Below are positions 1-7,660 of a stretch of DNA of 64,000 nucleotides, one piece after another. The notes under the pieces are model-generated. The model did not search any database and was not told where the DNA came from. It was given only the letters and a program-made list of their open reading frames with translations. This DNA is from an uncultured Acidobacteriaceae bacterium (GTDB taxonomy: Bacteria > Acidobacteriota > Terriglobia > Terriglobales > Acidobacteriaceae), in contig CAWEHF010000026.1 of the NCBI GenBank assembly GCA_963808695.1, forward strand, positions 14,161 through 78,160. The letters run 5' to 3'. The translations under genes were made by a program, and so were the position numbers. Position 1 is the first letter of the stretch. Each line of letters starts with the position of its first letter.

Positions 1-290
1 GGTTGGTCCCGATAAGCGTGCAACTGGCCGCCCTTGGCCAGACAGTCGGCATGTGGCAAGGTTTTTCCCGAGGGCTTGGCTTTGCTCCGGGCGGATCACG
101 AGCAAATCAGAGGTTGAGTCTGAGTCGTCGCTAAACGAGCGGACCCCAGTAGATTGCTTTGCACAAACGGGAATACACTTGTTCTGATTGGATAATTACC
201 TCATTTACACAGAATTCCCACAGCTTCCACACCGAGACATCCCGTGCCGCTCCGCTAGACTTTCGCCTCTTGTTCGCCTATCCTGTCCCC

Positions 291-560
291 ATGCCCCGTC
301 AAGATGATCGCCACCGGGTGTACATGTCGTTCCAGTGCCGCTTTGGCTGGCATTGCCAGTTCATCGAGGAAGACTTGAAGACTCCCCTGCCCAGGAAGCT
401 GCACTTCGCTTCACCGGACAAGGTCGTCGAGTTGGTTGAGCGGGGCGGAGGGTTGTCCAACCTGGAGAGCCGACAGGCGCTAGACCAGGCGATCGAGATT
501 GGCAGAGGCGGGGTATTCCTAAGCCTGACAGCGGAACAGTACGCCAAATTGAAGGGTTGA
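291..560 (+). CDS. small hypothetical protein (89 aa)
   Basis: ATG at 291 inside ORF 159..560. Protein-like sequence MPRQDDRHRVYMSFQCRFGWHCQFIEEDLKT...GGVFLSLTAEQYAKLKG. No domain recognised. Confidence 0.4.
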   Translation: MPRQDDRHRVYMSFQCRFGWHCQFIEEDLKTPLPRKLHFASPDKVVELVERGGGLSNLESRQALDQAIEIGRGGVFLSLTAEQYAKLKG

Positions 561-1088
561 TTTCCAATCCGGATAGGTGGGGTTACTTGTAGCATTCATT
601 CCCGATTGAAACAAGTCATTTGTAATGATACGTTTGCACTCTTCCAAGAAAGCCGCCTCTATTTCCACAAGTAGTGGAAATCTGGTGCAGAACAGGCCGG
701 ACAAAGCAACCGAACTTGATCTTTGATGCCGATTTCCGGATCAGTCACTCTCTTTGCTTACACAAAGTCTACGCCCCACATTGTCGTGGCGTGCAAACGG
801 TGCCGCCGGGATGTGCCCGCTGGGGTTTTTGAGTTCCCCTTTCAGTCCATCGTGGTCACCTGGCTTTTGTGTGGAGAGCAACGCCGGTACCTGCCATCTG
901 AGGTGCTGCTGGGCCAGCCGAATCACTTACATCTGCCCGTTACAGGAAGCCCAAGCGAAGGGGATTTTGCTAGAGTGGACGGATAGCATTTGCCAGCCAA
1001 GGGATGTTTCTGAACGGAAAGTGGGCAGCGGGAATGGGGAGGCAATTCGCGCAATTGACAGGTGTGGCAAGGGAGCAAAGGCCCGATT

Positions 1089-4000
1089 ATGGAAATTGAG
1101 GCTGCACGGCTTCCTATCGGGCAGAAGGTCGCTCTGCCAGGCCACTTCGACCAGGCCGTGACGCTTGAAGGCGTTCGTCCTCTCGGGAGAGGCTTTGAAT
1201 GCCGTGTCCGCTTGGCCGACGGCTCCCTTGACGAGGCCGTGATCTCTGAAGAGGAAGCCCAGATCCTCATAGGCGACAGCGGCAGCAACGAAGCGACAAC
1301 AATAATTCCAGCCGACGCAGACCAAGTCCGCCTCTTGATCGAATCAACCCGGATTCGCCTGGCCTATACACACGATCCTCACTTCGCCGTGAGCCTTTCT
1401 GGGATTCGGACCTTACCCCACCAGATCGAGGCGGTCTACGAGAAGATGCTCCCTCAACCCCGCCTGCGCTTCTTGCTTGCGGATGACCCCGGCGCCGGCA
1501 AAACGATCATGGCTGGGCTGCTTATCAAAGAGCTGAGACTCCGGGAAGCCATAGAGAGAGTCCTCATTCTCTGCCCCTCGCCACTGACCATTCAGTGGCA
1601 AGACGAGATGCTTCGCTGGTTCGGAGAGTCCTTTGACATCATCTTTTCGGCCGTGGACCAGCAGCAGTTGACCAACCCTTGGCAGCGCAGCAACTTGGTT
1701 GTGGCTTCGATGGACTACGCCAAGCAGGACGACGTGCGAGAGCGCGTCTGGCAGCAGCGATGGGACCTCGTGATCATCGATGAGGCCCACAAGTGCAGTG
1801 CCTATACCAAGAAATCTTCTACCCGCGGAGACGAGGCTGAAAAGACCAAGCGTTATCAACTCGCCGAGAAACTGACCGCCCAGGCCGACCACGTTGTGCT
1901 TCTCACGGCAACGCCTCACCACGGAGACGACGACCGATTCGCGCACTTCGTCCGCCTGCTGGACCCTGACCTCTTCCCGGAGCCGCATCGCCTAGCAGAA
2001 AAAGCCGGGGAAATACGCCGAGACATTCTCCGGCTGGGACCGGATTGTCCCTGGGCGCTTCGCCGGCTTAAAGAAGACCTCAAGGACCTGAACGGGCGCC
2101 GTCTGTTCCCCGACCGCTTCGCTCACACAGTCGCTTTCCGCCTGAACCGGGAGGAGTACGACCTCTACAAGGCTGTCACGGCATACATAAATGAGTTCCT
2201 GCCACAGGCGAGCGGTAAGAAAAAGCACAGCGTAGCGCTCGCTAGGACCGTTTTCCAGCGCCGCCTGGCCAGTTCGACGATGGCGATTTACGAGTCTCTG
2301 GTCCGTCGTTTGGACAAGCAGAAACAGCTCCTCGCCGATCTCGAAGCCCTTCCGCCAGCCTTACGCTCAAAGCGCCTGGCCCAGCTTCAAGGCCACCTTC
2401 CCGACGCAGAGCAGGATGAAGACGATCTCGACGAAGTCCAGTTGGACCTGCTTGTCGATGAAACAACTTCCTCCGTCGAACTGGACCAAATCCGTACCGA
2501 GATCGCCGCCTTGAGCGAGGTCGTTGCCCGTGCAAAGCGCCTGAAGGATAAGGGGCCAGAAGCTGACTCCAAACTTGGCGCACTGCAAGCGTGCCTGAAG
2601 AAGGCCGAGTTCCACGAGTTGAAGGACGGCCGCGGCAAGCTGCTTATTTTCACGGAGCACCGGGATACACTCAAGCACCTCAAAACGCATATCGAGGCAT
2701 GGGGCTACTCCACCTGCGAAATCCACGGCGGCATGAACCCGCATGAGCGCAAACGAGCGCAGGAAGACTTCCGCACCGCTCGTCAAATCTGTATCGCAAC
2801 GGAGGCGGCCGGCGAAGGAATCAACCTCCAATTCTGCCACCTCATGATCAACTACGATCTGCCGTGGAACCCGACCCGCCTGGAGCAACGCCTGGGTCGC
2901 ATTCACCGCATCGGGCAGCCTCTTGAATGCCATGCGTTCAACTTCGTCGCGACTGAGTCCGAGGAAGGCCAGCCCGTCATTGAAGGGCGCATCCTTCATC
3001 GTCTCCTGGAGAAGCTCGAACAAATGCGCACCGTCCTCGCTGATCGCGTCTTCGATGTTCTCGGCGAAGTGCTGTCCTTGAATGACGTGAACCTTCCGGA
3101 GATGCTGCGCGAAGCGGCCCACGATCCGCGCCGCCTGGACGAGTACCTCGACATCATCGGAAAGGTCGATCCTCTACGCCTCATGCGCTACGAGCAAGCC
3201 ACCGGCATCGCCCTGGCCCGAGCCAACGTGGACTTCTCCGGATTCCAGAAGACCAACGTAGAGGCCGAAGAGCGCCGCCTGATGCCCAGCTACGTTGAAG
3301 ACCAGTTCATTAGGGCATCCAAGGAGATTGGCCTCAAAGTTGAGCCTCGGGCGGACGGCCTCTGGCGAGTGGAGCATGTCCTGGCCGACCTGCGATCTGA
3401 GCGACTTCAAACCGTCCGCAACCTGGGCAAGCCGGAACCAGCCTACCGGAAGATCACGTTTCACAAGGAGGACCTCGAACAGAATCAGCATATTGACGCG
3501 GTCCTGCTCGGTCCCGGCCATCCGCTTTACTCCTCCATTGATGAGAAGCTGAACGAGCGGTTGGCCTCACTCGCCGGCGCCACAGCATTCTTTCTTGATG
3601 CGGCTGCCGACGCGCCATACTTCATGCACTTCTTTGAAATCTCCATCCGCGGCCAAAACACCAAGGGTGTGCTCCAGGCTCTCTACGGTGAACTTGTCGC
3701 CGTCCGTGAAGAGGCAGTCGCCAACCAGCCGGAAAGATTCTCGATCATTCCTGCGGATGTGCTGCTCGACCTGCCGGTCCATCCATCCCCGCCAGCAACG
3801 ATAAGGCGATTCGATTCCGGCCCCGCCGCCGACTTCCTGAAATCCTTCTACCAGCAGGAGCGCCGGGAAGCGTGCCAGAAAGAGCGCCAGCACTTTGTCG
3901 TGGTTTGCCGTGATTATCTTGAAAAGTCCTTCACTGCCCGCATTCGGGCGGCACAAGATCGGGTTATGTCCCTGAAGGCTCGCGAGACCTCCGCACCCGA

Positions 4001-4634
4001 AGTAGCCCTGGCGCGACAGCGCGCCGAGAACGATCTTGCCGACCTGCAGCGCACGCGGGCAGAACGGCTCGAGGGCTTGAAACGCCTGGAAGTGGCTCGT
4101 CATGGTCCATTGCGGCATGTCGCCACTGCTGTCGTTCTCCCCGCGACCGCCGAAGGTGTGCCCGCTCCGACTGACCTGCTCGATGACCTCGATCCGGAAA
4201 CGAAGCGCAAGATTGAGCTGGCTGCTGAAGATGTTGTTATTGCCCACGAGACGGGGCGCGGGTGGGAAACAGAAAGGGTCGGGCACTTGAAGATCGGATT
4301 CGATATTCGCAGCCTCGGCCCCGCCGACCCGCAAACCGGCTTCCGCGATCCGGTTAGCGGTGTGCGCCGCATCGAGGTCAAGGGGCGCCAGAAGGGTCAG
4401 CCCATTCGTCTCACGACCAACGAATGGTATAAGGCCCAGCAGCTTGGAGACTCCTTCTGGCTCTATGTAATCTGGAATCCGCTGCAAGATCCTGATCCAA
4501 CACCCATAATGATTCAGAACCCCGCGAAGCATCTTGAACACGCGGCAAAGCCGGTTGTGTCAGCCCGTTTCTATGACATCCCCGCAGAGTCGATCCTGGA
4601 CGCGGCCGGCAAGCAAAGGAAACTGAATCTATGA
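1089..4634 (+). CDS. SNF2-family helicase with C-terminal DUF3883 / PD-(D/E)xK nuclease-like domain (helicase component of Hma-like system)
   Basis: ORF 1062..4634, first ATG at 1089. Motif I LLADDPGAGKT; motif II DLVIIDEAHK. Helicase-C block LLIFTEHRDT...NYDLPWNPTRLEQRLGRIHRIGQ. C-terminus GFDIRS...RRIEVKGRQ...LTTNEWYKAQQLGDSFWLYVIW matches the DUF3883 pattern. Confidence 0.9.
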   Translation: MEIEAARLPIGQKVALPGHFDQAVTLEGVRPLGRGFECRVRLADGSLDEAVISEEEAQILIGDSGSNEATTIIPADADQVRLLIESTRIRLAYTHDPHFAVSLSGIRTLPHQIEAVYEKMLPQPRLRFLLADDPGAGKTIMAGLLIKELRLREAIERVLILCPSPLTIQWQDEMLRWFGESFDIIFSAVDQQQLTNPWQRSNLVVASMDYAKQDDVRERVWQQRWDLVIIDEAHKCSAYTKKSSTRGDEAEKTKRYQLAEKLTAQADHVVLLTATPHHGDDDRFAHFVRLLDPDLFPEPHRLAEKAGEIRRDILRLGPDCPWALRRLKEDLKDLNGRRLFPDRFAHTVAFRLNREEYDLYKAVTAYINEFLPQASGKKKHSVALARTVFQRRLASSTMAIYESLVRRLDKQKQLLADLEALPPALRSKRLAQLQGHLPDAEQDEDDLDEVQLDLLVDETTSSVELDQIRTEIAALSEVVARAKRLKDKGPEADSKLGALQACLKKAEFHELKDGRGKLLIFTEHRDTLKHLKTHIEAWGYSTCEIHGGMNPHERKRAQEDFRTARQICIATEAAGEGINLQFCHLMINYDLPWNPTRLEQRLGRIHRIGQPLECHAFNFVATESEEGQPVIEGRILHRLLEKLEQMRTVLADRVFDVLGEVLSLNDVNLPEMLREAAHDPRRLDEYLDIIGKVDPLRLMRYEQATGIALARANVDFSGFQKTNVEAEERRLMPSYVEDQFIRASKEIGLKVEPRADGLWRVEHVLADLRSERLQTVRNLGKPEPAYRKITFHKEDLEQNQHIDAVLLGPGHPLYSSIDEKLNERLASLAGATAFFLDAAADAPYFMHFFEISIRGQNTKGVLQALYGELVAVREEAVANQPERFSIIPADVLLDLPVHPSPPATIRRFDSGPAADFLKSFYQQERREACQKERQHFVVVCRDYLEKSFTARIRAAQDRVMSLKARETSAPEVALARQRAENDLADLQRTRAERLEGLKRLEVARHGPLRHVATAVVLPATAEGVPAPTDLLDDLDPETKRKIELAAEDVVIAHETGRGWETERVGHLKIGFDIRSLGPADPQTGFRDPVSGVRRIEVKGRQKGQPIRLTTNEWYKAQQLGDSFWLYVIWNPLQDPDPTPIMIQNPAKHLEHAAKPVVSARFYDIPAESILDAAGKQRKLNL

Positions 4635-7600
4635 CCGACGAACGGCGACTGATCGAAGACTACCTCCCAATTGTGGCCATTTCAGCCGAAGCCAGCCGGG
4701 AGAAATCGGTCCGCAAGGGTCACATTTCCACGCTGCACCTTTGGTGGGCGCGTCGGCCCTTGGTTGCCTGCAGGGCGGCCGTTTATGGCGCGCTGGTACC
4801 TGCCTCTCGATTTGTTCCCAACGGCGGATCAGATGAAAAGAAGAAGTCGCTGGGTCGAGCTAACACCGCAAGGTTCGTGAAGGAACTCTGTCAGTATCCC
4901 GGTGGGCCGCGAGCAATTGAGGAGGCACAAAGACATATCCTCATTGCTCACGCCGATCGACTGACGCAGGAGATAGCCGACTGGAAGACCGGCATTCTGG
5001 CCAAGCCTGGATGGATTGAAGAGTTCAACTTTTCCGGTGCAAAGGTTTCGATGGAGGACATTACAGCCGGACGAGCGCCACGCCCGCGTGTCCTCGATAT
5101 GTTCGCGGGCGGCGGATCGATCCCATTCGAAGCCTCGCGCCTGGGCTGCGACGCCTATGCCCTCGACCTGAACCCTGTTGCCCACATCATTCAGCTTTGC
5201 TCACTCGTCTATCCACAGACTTTCGGCCATCCAGACGCGACTAGTAAAGGTTGCGCAACAAGTGATTCGTGGGCTGGGCTGGCCCAAGAAGTGAGAAAGT
5301 GGGGAGATTGGGTGTTTGACCGGGTAAAGGCCGAAATCGGTGATCTATACCCTCGCGTTCCAGACCCCGACTACAAGGCCACCAGCCAAAGGGCACTGGC
5401 GGCCCAATGGAAGAGCAAGAACCCTAACGACGTCTTATCCGGCTACATGACTCCCTTGGTTTACCTCTGGACGCGCACAGTTACTTGCCCGAACCCATCA
5501 TGTAGAGCGACAATCCCTCTCCTAAAACACACTTGGCTGTGTAAATCGAAAGGGAGGTATGTTGCATTCAAGATTGTGCCCAGGCGACAAAAGAAGAGTC
5601 TGAGTTATTTGGTCGTCGAAACATCCACCCTGCAGGAATTGGGCTTTGATCCTGACCTTGGATCAGCGGGCGGCAATGCGACTTGCCCATTCTGCGCCAC
5701 AGTTGCCGATGCGGCCTATGTTCAGGCTGAGGGCATAAAGAAGCAAATTGGGACTCAGCTGGTCGTGACGGTATGTGCGCGGATGAATGGTACCGGCAAG
5801 GTATATATCTCCGCTGACGACCTTCAACTCAATATGGTTCCAGATCTAGCTGAAATTCGATCGAGATTAGAGCGACTGTGTGCCCGAGCGAAGATCACGA
5901 CGCCCACTGAGCCCATCGGTTCAATTAGGCCATCGCCAAATGCTCGGGGTCTTTCAGGTGTCACGCGACATGGCTTTACTAACTTCGGCGACTTATTTTC
6001 TCCGAGGCAACTGCTCGCAATTGCGAGTTTTGTCGCAGGTATCCGGGAAGCCGAAAAGGAGATGAGGAAACTCGGCTATCTTGACGAATCTGTAAGGGCA
6101 GTCATCAGCTATTTGGCTGCGATACTCGACCGCTTGGCCGATTTCGATTCGTCCTTCTGTGTTCACAATTATCTTCGAAGTAGCGGGGTTGCCCATACAT
6201 TCGGGCGACACGCCTTGGCGATGGTGTGGGATTTTGCGGAAACAAACCCATTCAGTGAAGGGAGTGGAGGATGGGGTACTGAAGCAATATTTGCAGCCCT
6301 CTCGTCACCTGACTTGTCAACCATGAGCCCAGCAAATGTTCAGCGCGGCTCCGCAATGAATTTGCCTTGGGCGAACGAGCGCTTCGACGCTGTGATAACC
6401 GATCCGCCGTACTACGACAACGTACCCTACGCAGACGTTTCAGACTTCTTTTACGTTTGGCTCAAACGAACCGCCGGCCATCTCTATCCGGATCATTTTG
6501 CTACGGAACTAACGCCGAAGAGATCTGAGGCGACAGCGCTCGCATCGCGACATTCCGGTGACATGGTGAAGGCCAACGCAGAGTATGAATCTTCAATGGC
6601 AAAGTCGCTTCGAGAAGCGGCTCGGGTACTAAAACCAGATGGCCAACTTGTCATGGTGTATGCCCACAAGACAACTTTAGGATGGGCCACGCTGGTCGAG
6701 GCTCTCCGCAAGTCTGGCTTCGTCGTTACTGAAGCTTGGCCATTAGATACAGAGAAGCCCGGAAGACTTGTGTCCCAGGACGCTTCGGCCCTTGCGTCAA
6801 GCATTTTCCTCATTGCCCGCAAACGCACGCAGTCGTCGAGGCCTGGCAACTACGAGGTGGATGTTGTTCCCGAGCTCGAAGACACAGTGCGTGAGCGGGT
6901 AGAAACTCTCTGGGAAATGAAAATCTCTGGCGCAGATCTCGTGATCGCTTGCGTCGGAGCCGGCCTGCGCGCTTTCACGAAGTATTCCCGCGTGGAGTAC
7001 AGCAACGGCGAAGAAGTTCCGGCCGAACGGTTCCTGGCCGAAGTCGAAACGGTCGTCCTCGAAACCATCCTTGGAAAGCTCTCCAAGGCTGTTGGATCGA
7101 AGAACGGCCAAACGACCCTTGCCGGTCTCGACCCTGCTACAAGGTTCTATGTTCTCTGGCGCTATACCTACGGTGCGGCGGAACTGGATGCTGGAGAGGC
7201 AATCATCTTCGCGAATGGGGCACATGTGGAACTCGATGGCCATAACAGTCTCACGCAAGGAAACCGCGCTCTGCTGCAAAAGAAGAAGAGCAAGTATTAT
7301 CTGCGCGACTACACTGAGCGCGGCAATGAGAGCACCCTTGGCCAACCGGCGGAAGACGGAACTTCAGCTCCTGCTGTAGACGCATTGCACAGACTCCTAT
7401 GGCTCCTCGACCATAAGCCGCTCAAGATACCGGAGTTCATGAGTGAGGCCAAGCCAAACGTTGAGCAATTGCGGTTGGTCGCGCAAGCGCTCGGTGGTCC
7501 GGCTTTGAGTGGAGGCGAGCTTTCTGATGTCTCGTCTACTGCCGAACAATCGGCTCTTGGCAAGTTGTTGGCGAACTGGAATGCGGTGATGGTTGGCAAG

Positions 7601-7651
7601 GCGGCGGTGGAAGAGCGTCGCACTGGACAACAGCCGCTATTCAAGAACTAG
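4631..7651 (+). CDS. DUF1156-type DNA methyltransferase (DPPY, N6-A/N4-C class) with Zn-ribbon-containing insertion
   Basis: N-terminus IEDYLPIVAISAEASREKSVRKGHISTLHLWWARRPL (DUF1156 signature). AdoMet motif VLDMFAGGGSIPFEA. Catalytic motif VITDPPYYDNVPY about 400 aa later. CPNPSC...CPFC cysteine pairs lie in between. ATGA stop/start overlap with the helicase gene. Confidence 0.9.
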   Translation: MTDERRLIEDYLPIVAISAEASREKSVRKGHISTLHLWWARRPLVACRAAVYGALVPASRFVPNGGSDEKKKSLGRANTARFVKELCQYPGGPRAIEEAQRHILIAHADRLTQEIADWKTGILAKPGWIEEFNFSGAKVSMEDITAGRAPRPRVLDMFAGGGSIPFEASRLGCDAYALDLNPVAHIIQLCSLVYPQTFGHPDATSKGCATSDSWAGLAQEVRKWGDWVFDRVKAEIGDLYPRVPDPDYKATSQRALAAQWKSKNPNDVLSGYMTPLVYLWTRTVTCPNPSCRATIPLLKHTWLCKSKGRYVAFKIVPRRQKKSLSYLVVETSTLQELGFDPDLGSAGGNATCPFCATVADAAYVQAEGIKKQIGTQLVVTVCARMNGTGKVYISADDLQLNMVPDLAEIRSRLERLCARAKITTPTEPIGSIRPSPNARGLSGVTRHGFTNFGDLFSPRQLLAIASFVAGIREAEKEMRKLGYLDESVRAVISYLAAILDRLADFDSSFCVHNYLRSSGVAHTFGRHALAMVWDFAETNPFSEGSGGWGTEAIFAALSSPDLSTMSPANVQRGSAMNLPWANERFDAVITDPPYYDNVPYADVSDFFYVWLKRTAGHLYPDHFATELTPKRSEATALASRHSGDMVKANAEYESSMAKSLREAARVLKPDGQLVMVYAHKTTLGWATLVEALRKSGFVVTEAWPLDTEKPGRLVSQDASALASSIFLIARKRTQSSRPGNYEVDVVPELEDTVRERVETLWEMKISGADLVIACVGAGLRAFTKYSRVEYSNGEEVPAERFLAEVETVVLETILGKLSKAVGSKNGQTTLAGLDPATRFYVLWRYTYGAAELDAGEAIIFANGAHVELDGHNSLTQGNRALLQKKKSKYYLRDYTERGNESTLGQPAEDGTSAPAVDALHRLLWLLDHKPLKIPEFMSEAKPNVEQLRLVAQALGGPALSGGELSDVSSTAEQSALGKLLANWNAVMVGKAAVEERRTGQQPLFKN

Positions 7652-7660
7652 GGGAGTGAC

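Noticed and set aside
723-986. 87-aa ORF upstream of the helicase gene with a CKRC pair
   Set aside because: Only one clear Cys pair, an unclear start (TTG/ATG) without a convincing RBS, and no recognisable family. Not enough support to call a gene.
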